From NCBI GenBank assembly GCA_964016885.1, contig OZ024745.1, forward strand, positions 49,476,001 to 49,540,000: a DNA stretch of 64,000 nt, given 5' to 3'. Origin of the DNA: Eledone cirrhosa (taxonomy: Eukaryota). This document shows positions 33,587 to 46,658 of this stretch, one piece after another. Position 1 is the stretch's first letter. Each line of letters begins with the position of its first letter. A program made the position numbers and the translations under genes. The notes under the pieces are model-generated. The model ran no database searches. It was not told the origin of the DNA and saw only the letters and a program-made list of their open reading frames with translations.

Positions 33587-34804
33587 AACTTTTGCTACAT
33601 TTATGCTTCAAATACCAGTTTAATCATGAAAATGTTAATTGAATTACAAAATCTCTCCAAGTTCTCAATTATTTTCAAAATTAATATAAAATTATCTGCT
33701 ATTAGAAATATATGAAGAGGTTAACTTTATCGGAGTAGCCACAAGAATTAGTTGCTGGTAAAGTTACTGAGATAATTTCAGTATAAACAGGTTGTACTGG
33801 TTTATATGTTTATTTGAGATAATGGATTATAAATTGACATGCCATTACACCTTTAATGACATGTCTTTGAATGTTAAGTGTTCATAAACATGCTTCTATA
33901 AATGAAGTTTACTTGGGTGGTAGATTTAATCCATCAGCCAGTTTAAAACCACCACTTAGACCTTGAATTCCTTTAGTAAAGTTTATCCAGTTGCAAGCAT
34001 CCAGATTGAGGATACCTTCTTCCATCTTGGAGGCGTTGATTTAACATATTTTTTTCTTTTTACTATTTAGTCAGGGAGGGAAAAAGGTATCTTCAAACAC
34101 AAAACCTAGTTGGAATGGTCGTAACAGAGTGGACTCCAGTAAAGCCAACCAAGGACAAATGGGGGTATTAAACTAGACAATAGATTATGTCTACCATCCA
34201 AGTAAGTCTTCCTGAAATACACTTACACACGTGTAACTTTTGAAGAATGGAAGTACTTAATTTCTATTGGGAGTCACTACCTCCATTTCTCCCACTCTCC
34301 CCATCTCTCATTATTATAAGCAAATGGGGGCCCACGCACTGTCTGCCCAACGGCCCCGGTGGACTGAACAGAGAAGCTGTTTCCCCAGAGGATGGTGAGG
34401 AAGATGCATTGGAAAAGCCATTCCAACTCACATAGCTCACAACTGCGGGTAGCCAACTCTGTGCCAATGGTGGTGAGAAAGGAGGTGGTCCTAAGTCCAA
34501 GAGTGGTATTTCAAGTCCGAACACAAAATGCCAGAACTAATAACACATCTCATCCTATGCCCTAACAATTCTACTAATCCACTAATCTGGATTATTGGTT
34601 CTTTAGTGTATTAACACCAAAATGATACAAGGCAAATTTGTCTTCAGCAGGATTTGAACTCAGTGAACAGAAAGCTGAACAAGGAATTTGTTGTATGCTC
34701 TAACAACTCTACCAATCTACTGTCTATTGTTATAACATGTATGAATAAATCACAATGTCTTACATTATATATATTTTGTTTATAGAAGCTATCTGTTATT
34801 TTTG

Positions 34805-35637
34805 GTGATACCAAACCACCTGAAACTGCTCCTGGCTGGTTCTACAACACAATATTATATTTATCTAAAAATAATTATATTTACCTAAAAACCTTCCATC
34901 ATAACTTTATGTAAATGCCTCTGTTAAGTTCCAAACATCAGCTAAATAATAAAAAAAGTTAATTATTTTACCTTTTGATGCCTCTCACGATATTGCAGTT
35001 TTGGTGGTATTATTTATGCCAGTCACCAATCTGGTACTTCTCTCAGACTTACAAAGACTAGGCTTTTTTACAGGTGGCCTTTACTCACCTAGTCATAGCT
35101 ACATCACTGGGTTGTGACAGTTTTCTTGGGAACTAAAGGTGTTACCTATTGCTCCATCTCTCTTAGTAGTGTGTCATGAATACAAGCAGCCAAAATGGGG
35201 TTCTTCCAAAGGATATTTGGAGTAACATTACTCAGTAAAATGTGTAGCACAGAGATCAGAGAGTCACTCCAGATAGAGCTACTACTTCTCTGAATTGAGA
35301 GATCACAGCTCTGATATTATTGGCATGTGATTAGAATGACTAAGGAAAGAATCGCTGGACAGATTTTACAGGCAAAACCAACTGGTAGGAGACTCAGGGG
35401 TAGATCCCAAGCAAGATGGTTGGATAACATTCATCAGCTCGGCTGGTTACACTTGGTGATCCAGCTGGATCAATTGGAAACAGGTGCTTCTGACAGAACC
35501 CGCTGGAAAGATTATTTGAAGACTCTGCCCCCACAATCCACCCAGAAGAAGAAAGAGAAGATTTTTGGTTATTTTCAAAATTATTTGAAAATCATAGGCA
35601 GTGTCTTTCATTAAAAATATGGTAATGAGAGAGTTAA
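34805..35637. mobile_element. piggyBac-type MITE split by an insertion carrying an RTE 3' fragment (~35175-35555, +)
   Basis: Ends match the reverse complement of 46205-46464. Insert translates IERSQL.YYWHVIRM..ERI..QIL.AKPTGRR.RGR...RWLD. Confidence 0.7.
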
Positions 35638-35789
35638 TATATTTATTTATTCACCCAATGATAATCTAAGAAATTAAGTTGCTTTATAATGGAGGTATTT
35701 CAATATGAGTATCTATCAGATAGTGATTTATTCAAAAAGTAAATAAATAAAGCTTATATAATCATATACTGCTTAAATGTCTCTACATT

Positions 35790-36120
35790 CATTTCATTTT
35801 TACGTCCGCTTTTTCCCTGCTTGCAAGGGTGGGACGGGAACTGATTCTGGCTTGATTTCTACAGCTGGATGCCCTTCCTAACACCAACCTCATTTACAGT
35901 GAGTGCTGGGTGCTTTTTTGCCGTGGCACCTGCACGACCACTTTGCAGTGGAATGATAGGGACCCCAGTCCCTATCATCTCATTTCTACAGCTGAGTAAA
36001 CTGGAGCAATCTGAAATAAAGTGTCTTGCTCAAGGAAACAACACATCACCCGGTCTGAGAATTGAACTCACAACCTTTCGATTGCAAGGCCAATGCTCTA
36101 ACCACTAAGCCATGTGCCTC
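35790..36120 (-). mobile_element. SINE with tRNA head and RTE-derived body/tail
   Basis: Head GGCTTAGTGG...GAGTTCAATTC; body GTTGGTGTTAGGAAGGGCATCCAGCTGTAGAAA; tail GCAAGCAGGGAAAAAGCGGACGTAAAAATGA. Confidence 0.75.
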
Positions 36121-36295
36121 CATGAATAAATTAAATAAATTAATTTACTGATAAATTTCAAAAATCCAGTACGATGCAGTAGAAATAGAGGGCAAAGGAT
36201 GACAAAGCAAAACAAAGTAATGTTCTACTCAGTATATTTCAACATGACATTCCAAATGTGAAAAGGAAACGGTTCAAAACAAAAATAAATGATCG

Positions 36296-36739
36296 ATGTG
36301 TTCTTCCCTAACTGGTCTACATGCCTGCTGCAATCAGACAAGCCATCTGAAGGGAGAGCCGGAACATACAGCTGGTGCACTCAAAGACTACTTAGCAGAC
36401 ACTGTATACAATGATATATGTAAACTTCCTAATCGTCCGATCAACAACACAAAAGTGTGCATGAAGGAATATATGGTCTACAAGGTCACATGTAAAAATT
36501 GTAGCTCCTCATACATCAGAAGTACTGTCCAGATGATACAAATACAGATCAAGGAGCACATGATGACAAGAGCTTCTTCTGTCAAAAAGCATCTTGACAC
36601 ATACTGCAGCAGAGACATTGAGGTCACAATAGAGATGACGGAAAGGAATGTGGGAAATTTAAGAATCAAAGAGGCAATTATCATCAACAAGAAAAAGCCA
36701 CAGATATATAATAGCTTGGAAATGCACAAAGCAGATTGA
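36296..36739 (+). mobile_element. Penelope-like GIY-YIG endonuclease remnant
   Basis: VYKVTCKNCSSSYIRST...IKEH...SSVKKHL..C...LRIKEAIII...KPQI.N. Confidence 0.85.
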
Positions 36740-37280
36740 ACACTATAACGAATCCATGCAAGCATATTTCAGACACATAGACCAGTTAGGGAAGAACATA
36801 TCAATTGTTTGTTTTTTGTTTTAAACCGTTTCCAGAGGGAAATAACCGTTTCCAGAGGGAAATAGCCCTTACATATGTTGAAATATACTGGGTAAAACAT
36901 TACTTTGTTTTGTTTTATTTGTCATCCTTTGCCCTTTATATATTTCTACCACATTGTATCGACTTTTTGAAACGTATCAGTCATTTATTACATATCTCAC
37001 AATGCTTCCAATATAACATATCAGGAGGTTACAAAAAAAAAAAACAAAAAAAAACAATCTTCCCTCCATTCACTATCTTATAATCTAATACATATAATCT
37101 AACTTTACATTAAATAATTATTATGTATCAACCTAATTTCCGTAGACCATATACAAAATTACATAATCTTTAGAATTGCAGAAAATTAAGGAATTTAATA
37201 ATCCCCATGATTTTTACAATACGTTTGCCAAAGCAAATATTTGCCAATTTTTCTCTCAAACAATATTCATATATATATAT

Positions 37281-37316
<36 letters not shown>

Positions 37317-38985
37317 GTGTGTATATATAAGGAATGTGGCTATAATAAATACAGATGTTTTCCTGTTTTATTCATAGTAAATTTCTACAGCCTGATGCCC
37401 TTTTTGATGCCAACACCTATTTTTCAGTAGGGTAAGAGATACATACACAAACACATAATACAAACACCAGGATTTCACAGTTCCCATGTACAAATTTACT
37501 CACAAGCCATTGGTTAACCCAAGGCTAGAGCAGAAGACACTTTGCCCATGGTGCCATGCAGCGAGACTGAACCCACAATTACATGCTTAACTAATTTATG
37601 AAAAACAATATGGCTAAAACCAATTGAGGAAAGATACTACTTATTATAACATTGTGATTCTCTCAATTAAAAATAGATGTTGTGAGAGACCAGAAAGTGA
37701 AGAGGTTCTGTTTTAGCCTGCAGTAGATGGGACAACATGTGTAGCTATTCTGATGGAATGCATTCAGTACCCCCAATAAAGTGGTTGACAACCAAAATGA
37801 GAAAATGTAGGGTAGAGTGGACCCTTTGGTCTTGTCAAAAACTTAACATGATAAACTGCACTCAGTATACTCTACTCCTTGTAAAGTGGTAGTGCTGGTA
37901 CCATAATAAACTGCACTCAGTTCAAAGGGGTTGGCATTAGAAAGAGCATTAACCTGTAGAAACCATACCAAAATATGCAACAGATGAACAAGACATAGTT
38001 ATCTGACCTGACATATCCCAGACTCTGACGACCTGTACAACCCAGGCCAGCATGGAAAACAGACGTAAAAATGATGATTGTGATGATGGTGGTGGTGTAC
38101 TTGTACTAATAAATTGTGGTTGATGCCAACTCACTTCAGAGAAATTACTCTTAGGAAAATTATGAACATTACAACATCCCATTCACCTTCCTTTACAAAT
38201 TTGGTAACTCTGTTCACTTCACAACTATATTGTTTCAGATTGGAACCCAGTGTGTGAAATTTGGGACAAGTGTCTTTTAATAAAAACTTTGATGCCTCGT
38301 AAGTGAATTTTGTCATATATTTATATATCATCATCATTTACCATCTGTTCTTCCAAGCTGTCATGAGTTAGCTGGGTCATCACAGACCAAGCCAGTACTT
38401 AATCAAAGCTACAGTCCTTCTAAGCAGGCCAAGGGTCATGCCTTGCTTACATACTTTCCTGTTTTCGTATATTTTCTATGGCTAGATATTCTTCCTAATA
38501 CCAACCACTTTATATGTGTGTAGTGTGTGTATGTATATGCACCAGCCTATTATGCATTGTTATATCAAAACCATTTCCCACATAAGGTTAGCAGTGTATA
38601 GCATATTTAGTTTAAGAAAGGGCATCCAGTTTAAGGAAGGGCATCATGTCTCATTGAAAAAGCAGCTGTAAAAATGACGATTATGATGATGGTGTGTGTA
38701 AATAAGAAATTAATTATTCATGAGGCAATGACTATGAAACAACTAACAATACATTAGTTTGCATAAATAATGCACTTTACTTCTTCAATAGCGGGGACTA
38801 TTCTTGGAAAAGGCCTGGCAATTGTTAATAAAATATTATTGAAATTGAAAGTATTTATTCTTTTTAGGTGAGAACTTGGGTTTATGATAAGTTAATGTAA
38901 CCCTTACATAACACACATTTCTTTGTACAAATATATACTCATAAATAAACATCTAAATACACATAGAAAAAGAGTGGATGATGAT

Positions 38986-39017
<32 letters not shown>

Positions 39018-39856
39018 TAATCATCATCATTTTACGCCTATTTTCCATACTTGCATGGGTTAAATAGATTGTCACGTTCTGAGGCCAGACATGTCAGATG
39101 ATTGCATCTCGTTCATACATTCCATTTTGGCTTGGATGTCCAACCACTTCACAGCATGTACCAGCTGCATTTTATCATGACACTGCCACTACCACATAAC
39201 AGGGTGGACTGTATGTTTTTATTATGGTACCAGTACAACCACTTTACAGAGTAGGCTAGGTGCATTTATCACGGTACCAGCATTACTTCTTAACAGTACA
39301 AGCTGAGTGCAATTTATTGTGATACCATCACTAAGGGTGACACGTCCTTAACCAGGATGGAAAAGTAGTAATTGGGGTGGTGACATGAGTATGGAGCTAC
39401 ATGTTGCTTGCCAAGGGGAGAGGGAAAAGTGGCCTTATATACATTTCTAATGCAAACATACATAAGACACAAGTATATGAGATGCATGTCTATGTGTATG
39501 TGAGAGTTTGTGGTACATCTATGTAAACTGTATACAAGGTATGCATGGACATGTGGTACACAGACATATGAGGTACAGGTATATAAATGATGATATGTTG
39601 AGCTGTTGATATATGCGTGTGTGTATGTATATGTGAAAGCATGTAGCTTAGTGGTTTGGGTCTTTGGCTTACAATCGTAAGATGATGACTTCAATTCATG
39701 ATAGTACGTTATGTCCTTGAGCAAGACACTTTATTTAATGTTGTTATTTAATGTTGTTCCTGTCCATTCAACTGGCAAAAATGAGTCGTATTTATCATTG
39801 AAAGCTCTGTCTTTGTCACCTACTGTGCTATATGGAATCTCCCTGAGAATGTCATT

Positions 39857-39898
<42 letters not shown>

Positions 39899-40919
39899 TT
39901 GTGAAATGCTAAGCAACTTTCATTTTAATTTTATGAGAAGCCGGTTCTATTGATCAAACAACTGATCACTCCTCAAAACCGACGGAGATCCAATAACAAC
40001 ATGTATATATATAATAGCAGTGTGTGATTGACACTTAGCTCACATGAACTCATGAATGCTAATTACAAGCGAGTTTGTAGTTTTATCACACACACACAAT
40101 AGCTAGACTTAAACAAAAGACATGAGCTTTGTCACCGAAGAAGAGGAAACAGAGAAGAAAGGATCCCATCACAAAGACCAAGGTTAGATTCAAGGTGCTG
40201 AAAAGATCAATGAAAGTAGATTTATAATCAGTGTTTTACTATATACCTGAATCATCCCAACTTCTATTTATATGTCGACTCTCACTATTGACTTTTTTTT
40301 TATTACCATTCATCTTAAATAGGTATACTAATGTAATATAGTAGTAACTGTAGTAATGGTGGTGTTGGTGGTGGTGGTTCATCCTTAATAGGTATACTAA
40401 TGTAGTAGCTATTGTAGTGGCGGTGATGCTGGTAGTAGTGTTGGTGCTCGTGGTGGTGGTGAAGGTGGTGGAGATTCATCTTTAAATGGTTTAATAATGT
40501 AATGTAGTAGTAGCTTTGGTGGTGGTGGTGGTTGGGTTGGGGGCTGTGGCGATTGATGAAGGTGGATAATTGAGGTTGATCTAGTAATTAGTACATGTTA
40601 AACATGTTTATCCACTTTTTAACCCTTGTGGAGCCCTTAAAATAGTTTTCGTGTCTCGGGGAGCCCCAGCATAAAAATTATTATATACCATTATAACAGA
40701 CTATATTTTTTTTCGATCAAACCAGGAACTTTTCAATGGAATATTAGGGGGCGATATTGACATACAAATGTACGTTTAGACATCATTGTACGGATAAATA
40801 GAATGAGGAAGTGTGTGTGTGTGTGTGTGTGTGTGGATAAGAGAGAGATGGAGGATGGAGAGAAAGAGAGAAATACCGATAGACAAATAGACTCATTATC
40901 ATCATTTAACTGATAAATA

Positions 40920-40962
<43 letters not shown>

Positions 40963-41294
40963 GAGTGAAAGAGAAAGAGTATGAGAGAGAGAGAGAGAGA
41001 AAGAGTATGAGAGAGAGAGAAAAAGAAACTAGGACATGAACAAGGAAGAGATATAAAATAATGTCCAATCAGTGTGTTGTTTATTTTAAAAAGAAAAACA
41101 ATCGATTCAGTGTATATACACTCAATGAACCAGCTAAAAGTGAAACTATAATAGAAGAAAAACTAAAGCATTGACGTTAACTTTACAGAAATTGCTATAA
41201 TCTAAACCTGACAGAAGAAACACATTAGAGCAAAATATACAGTATACTCATTTATTTGTTTGGGAGGTTTATCATCAACAACAGCCATTGCGTC

Positions 41295-42306
41295 GTAGTG
41301 GTGTTGGTGGTGGTGGTGGTGGTGAGGGTGGTGTTGGTGGTGGTGGTTGTGGTGTTGTTGAGGGTGGTGGTGGTGGTGTTGTTGAGGGTGGTGTTGGTGG
41401 TGGTGGTGGTTGTGGTTGTGTTGAGGGTGGTGTTGGTGGTTGTGGTGGTGGTGTTGTTGAGGGTGGTGTTGGTGGTGGTGGTGTTGTTGAGGGTGGTGGT
41501 TGTGGTTGTGTTGAGGGTGGTGTTGGTGGTTGTGGTGGTGGTGTTGGTGGTGGTGGTGTTGTTGAGAGTGGTGGTGAGGGTGGTGTTGGTGGTTGTGGTG
41601 TTGTTGAGGGTGGTGGTGGTTGTAGTGTTGGTGGTGAGGGTGGTGAGGATGGTGTTGGTGGTGAGGATGATATTGGTGAGGGTGGTGTTGGTGGTTATGG
41701 TGGTGAGGGTGGTTTTGGTGGTGGTGTTGGTGGTGTTGGTGGTTGTGATGGTGGTGTTGGTAGTGATGGTGGTGGTGGTGTTGGTGGCTGTTGTGGTGGT
41801 GGTGGTTGTAGTTGTTGTGGTGGATGTAGTTGTGGTGGATGTTGTTGCTGTGGTGGCTGTTGTGGTGGTGGCTGTAGTTGTTGTGATAGATGTAGTTGTT
41901 GTGGTGGTGGCTGTTGTGGTGGTGGCTGTAGTTGTGGTGGCTGTAGTTGTTGTTGTGGTGGTGGCTGTTGTGGTGGTGGTGGCTGTAGTTGTTGTGGTGG
42001 CTGTAGTTGTTGTGGTGGATGTTGTTGTGGTTGTGGCTGTTGTGGTTGTGGCTGTTGTGGTTGTGGCTGTAGTTGTTGTGGCTGTAGTTGTTGTGGTGGT
42101 GGTGGCTGTAGTTGTGGTGGGTGTAGTTGTTGTGGTGGTGGCTGTAGTTGTTGTGGTGGCTGTTGTGGTGGTGGTGGCTGTTGTGGTGGTGGCTGTAGTT
42201 GTTGTTGTGGTGGGTGTAGTTGTGGTGGTGGTGGATATAGTTGTTGTTGTGGTGGTGGCTGTAGTTGTGGTGGATGTAGTTGTTGTGGTGGGTGTGGTGG
42301 GTGGTA
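41295..42306. repeat. ~1-kb degenerate (GGT/TGT)n trinucleotide repeat with higher-order blocks
   Basis: Left half GGT/GTT/GAG blocks, right half GGC/TGT/AGT blocks; triplet phase kept throughout. Confidence 0.9.
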
Positions 42307-42610
42307 GTTATTGTGCTCACCTTCAACCTATGTTAGAAACTATTGTCACCATTATAATTACCAATATTATAGTGGAAATGTGGAGGAAATACTACTACTG
42401 GGCTATACCCATCTCGATCTTACATTCATATTTACTATAATGTACTTAAATCTTTTATTATTATCATTAATCTATTCTTAATATTAAAACTAATTTTATT
42501 CTAGTTATCTTTATTATCAGACCTAATATTTCTGAGATCAACTTTAGTGATAAAATAATTAAAAGCTAATTAGTTGAGTGAATGTAACTTGTCAAACAAA
42601 TTATAATAAT

Positions 42611-42749
42611 TGTTTCTACTTTAGGCACAAGGCCAGCAATTACCCAGTGCATTACTGGTACTTTATTTTATCGACCCCGTAAGGATGAAAGGCAAAGTCA
42701 ACCTCGGCGGGATTTGAACTCAGATCGTAAAGGGATGTAACTATGCTGG
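42611..42749 (-). mobile_element. Young 5'-truncated family-A SINE
   Basis: 17-bp TSD AAACAAATTATAATAAT at 42594-42610 and 42750-42766. Confidence 0.92.
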
Positions 42750-43156
42750 AAACAAATTATAATAATGATTTCATGTTTTGGCAAAAATACAATGAAGGAA
42801 GAAGGGATAGAATTGACTCTAATGCATTGGTTTTTAACCTTTTTTGCTGACGACATTTAAAAAGAATTGATGCTCCACCTCTTCATATAAAAAAATGTTT
42901 GGTGTTAAAAAGATATAATGTAAAATTTCCCTCCAAACTATTCAGATTTTTACCCTGCAAAGCATGCAGAGTTCATGTTCAGAATCACCGCTCTTATGGA
43001 TTATAAAAAACTTATGATATGAATAACCCTTGAAGCATAAAAGGCAAACTTGACCATGTTGAAGGTTGAAACAGAAATATAAGAGATAAGACTAAAATAG
43101 TGATAGGGTATATGAACCCCTCGATTACATATTTTCTTGTACAGATGATATAGTAC

Positions 43157-43206
43157 ATGCCTTCTGATGAAAGCCCAATTAGGCTTGAAAACCAGTTAAA
43201 AGGTAT
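43157..43206 (+). ncRNA. Minimal type-I hammerhead ribozyme motif
   Basis: ATGCCTT-CTGATGA-AAGCC-caatta-GGCTT-GAAA-accagt-TA-a-AAGGTAT: core, stem II and stem I present. Confidence 0.7.
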
Positions 43207-43327
43207 TTATCATCTATTTTTCAATTTACAGGGAAATACATATTTAGGTTGTTTACATGACTATTTTCTAAAAATGTATAAATCTATATACACATTCACT
43301 TAGTCTTGGTTACTTCTATTCAATATA

Positions 43328-43425
43328 CAGGGTGTCTCCCAAAAATGTATACACTTCAACAGCATTCTAATAAATATTGCCTGTACAGGTAATTAAAAGT
43401 GTATACATTTTGGGGGAACATACTG
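43328..43425. mobile_element. Tc1/mariner-type MITE (98 bp)
   Basis: TA-CAGGGTGTCTCCCAAAAATGTATACACTT...AAGTGTATACATTTTGGGGGAACATACTG-TA. Confidence 0.85.
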
Positions 43426-44449
43426 TATATACAGATATATATACTTTGGTTGCTTAGCGCACAAATTAATATGAGACTAAATAAATCTAAAACTCTACCA
43501 GATTACTTACAATCTAGCCACCAACTGAACCCTCTACCTAATAGAAATAGCAACCAAATCTCAATGATATTACATCCTACTATTTTAAAAAGGAAGGATC
43601 CATTAGATAATGTAGAACTACATACTCCTCAAAAGATACAGTGATCACAATTGCAATGTCTTTGATTATAGGTCTGTTCTATCAGGGTTCTTCTTCTCGG
43701 CAAAACAATAACAATAACAACTTATTAGTTATTATAATTCTTATAATATAAATGATTTCTTACAATTATATTATTAATGTTAAATTGTTATTGTTCTCTC
43801 AGTAGAAAACCTGAAGTACTTATGAAAAGTCACCAATGACAGCAGTTGAAATAGAGTTGGCAATAAGCAGAGCTGACCCTAATGATTCTGGCACCTGAGA
43901 CAAGCTAAATGTTGGTGCCCTTACAAATATAGTTTTCTTTAGATTTTAATGAGGAATACAAACTGTAAATGTATGAATAAAGTGTTTATTACAATTCATT
44001 AAATATAGAAATAAAATCTTTATTTATTATTTTCACCCCCTCCTCTTTGTCTATTGAAGTTTCCAAAACATGATAGATCACTGTCAAGTACATGGTACCC
44101 TTGACTGCTTGAGTTGCTGGTATCTTCAACATCCTCTGGTGATAGCAGTTGTCTGAGAGGTAAATTACTTGGTTTGAACTTTACATATACACACAAGACT
44201 TGTTTGTAGAAGTCTTGGCAGATGTTTACTGCAACTAACTACAAAAAAGCTATCCTTGAAAGTTTGGCCAGGGATGGTATATCTTGCTTTAAATTTTGTC
44301 TGAACAAATAAAAACATCTAGTTTTTCAGTTCTTGTGGAAGAGACATACATTTCACTAGCCTGGTTGCAGCATTTAATTCTCTGAGTTCAAATGTTACTC
44401 TAGAATCAATAAATAGTATTAGTCGTTTATTGTATCATAGCTAACACAA

Positions 44450-44950
44450 AAGTAAGTGATCTCTGCATAAGTCTCACCATCATGATTGATAGATGGGTAA
44501 AATGAACATTTATATGAGGTCCTCTTACTGACTACCTGGACAACACATAACAATGACTTTGTTATCAGAGCTGGTAATTTTAAAGAACATGTTGAGCAAA
44601 CTCGACAAAACTGGTGATCATACAAGCCAGATAGAGTTCATAATCTGTCTTAAATAAGATAGGCAACTGACTGGGAAAACTAACTCTTTCCTCAGTAATC
44701 AGAAATAAGAGCTAGATTAGCTCAGAGACACAAAACAATCTGGTATGGAAACGGTAAAGAACACTGAACAAGGTATAGATTCTAAGAAGTAATAGATAAA
44801 AGTGGAAGGAAGCTGCAGAAGAGGAAGACTGAGGAAGATACTGGAAGAAATGGTGAAGACAACAAAGGACTGCAACAAGTGACTAGATTCTATGCGTAAG
44901 ACTCATCCAACTTATGCAAATACGGAAAAATAGATGTGAAAATGATTACA
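44450..44950 (+). mobile_element. Heavily deleted RTE LINE (endonuclease and 3'-end remnants)
   Basis: DFVIRAGNFKEHV (APE GDFN-like), KVEGSCRRGRLRKI, then tail CATCCAACTTATGCAAATACGGAAAAATAGATGTGAAAATGAT. Confidence 0.6.
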
Positions 44951-45592
44951 AGGTTGATGGTGTATATACAAACTTAAAACAATCACAAGGCAAAAAAGGA
45001 CTCAATCCTTAGTTTCAGAGTACAATATATCTTTCTTTATTGAGGGCAGTGGATTAGCAATGAGTTCAAATCCTGCCGAGGTTAACTTTGCTTCCCATCC
45101 CTTTGGAACCAATAAGATAAAGTACCAGTCAAGTAGTGGGGTCGATAATTGATTTTCCTTCTCCCCCAAATTACTGTCCTTTTGCTTAAAGTAGAAATCC
45201 CTATTAGCTAACTGTATCATATTACAACTTCAGTTTTGCCATTCCAAAGCATGTCTTTAGAATGGTGCCACAGAATGGTGAACTCTAAATTGTAATGTGA
45301 TATGATAACATTCAGTTAATAATAGACAATATATGTGTGTGCAATATGTAATATGCATATCTGTGGAAGATAAACATTAAATGATGTTGAAGATCATGTG
45401 TGCATACACCTATGCAAATGTAAGAGTATGCATATAAATATCATGAGAATTCATCTTAGGCACATTCATGAAAGAAAATAAATATTCCACCCCACACACA
45501 TTCACACCACACAGACACATATGTACATACATACATACACACATCATACAACTCTAATATTGTCTCTGAGTTATGTGAATGTAAGTGAAACA

Positions 45593-45870
45593 GTAGAATC
45601 TGAATAAACTAATGATGATCTGTCTGTAGAATCTGAATAAACTAATGATGATCTGATTGTTGTTCTCTGCATACACGTAGGCCACATGTAAAGTTGGTAA
45701 TAGACTCAGGCCAGATGTAAAATGTAAAGTTGGTAATAGACTCAGGCCAGATGTAAAATTGGTAATAGACTCAGGCCAGATGTAAAATGTAAGCCAAATG
45801 TAAAGTTGGCAATAGACTCAGGCCAGATGTAAAATTGGTAATAGACTCAGGCCAGATGTAAAATGTAGGC
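45593..45870. repeat. Two adjacent minisatellites (~33 bp x2; ~29-36 bp x5)
   Basis: GTAGAATCTGAATAAACTAATGATGATCTG twice; ATGTAAARTTGGYAATAGACTCAGGCCAG five times. Confidence 0.9.
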
Positions 45871-46204
45871 TTCATTTCAAACTGTTCATTAAGTATTTTA
45901 GTAATCAGTGCTAAATACATATGGAGAGGTGCTGTATTAGGAAGGGCTGGTCCAACCCATGCAAGCATGGAACAACGGATGTAAAATAATGATGATTAAT
46001 GATAATATATACATATATATGTGTGTGTGTATGTATGTAAGTGTAGAGTATATGATGAACTTACAGAACAGAATACAAGCAATAGAACTTCAGGCAAGTA
46101 GCCCCATCCTGTTAAGTATTTGAATATGCATGTGTTCTAATTATGTGGATTTCAGTTAGATTTCAATGTAAGTGAAAATCTATCATATTCTTCTGAGGAT
46201 TTCT

Positions 46205-46658
46205 CTAAACCTTTCATTACCTTATATCTAATGAAAGATATTGTTTAGGAGTTTCAAATAATTTTGAAAATATTCAAGAATTTGGAGGAATTTAGTAATA
46301 TAACTTTCTGAAGTGGGTGTCTGGAGTAATACTTGACAAAGTTTCTTACATAAAATCACGAGGGAAAACTTTTAGATATGTAAAAATACTTTAAAATGAA
46401 AATAATCAGTTTAGTATCATAGAACCAGGGGCAGTTTCAATCAGTTTGGTATCAAAAGGGTTAAGATCCTGTTAACTCTCCCTGTTAGACAGGGAGATCT
46501 CCCACCCACTTTGAAGTGGGTGAGAGATGTCTTCTCTTATGAAAATGAGTATAGCTTTCATCATGAAAAATTTCCCCATTTTGCCTCATTTCTCCCTGTT
46601 TTGGGGCACTTTTGTTGATGGTACTCTCTGTTTAGGTTTTTAGAGGTTGGCAAGTCTG
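46205..46658. mobile_element. piggyBac-type MITE (46205-46464) abutting a CAGACYTGCCAAC-type MITE (46465-46658)
   Basis: First ends GGTATCAAAAGGGTTAA; second ends GAGGTTGGCAAGTCTG. Homologous to 34805/35637 and 27488-27739 respectively. Confidence 0.7.

Noticed and set aside
44015-44300. Minus-strand possible terminal coding exon (IPSLAKLSRIA, SOCS-box-like)
   Set aside because: In-frame stop immediately after; no upstream coding exons found.
45685-45870. 29-36-bp repeats resembling CRISPR direct repeats
   Set aside because: Head-to-tail with no real spacers.
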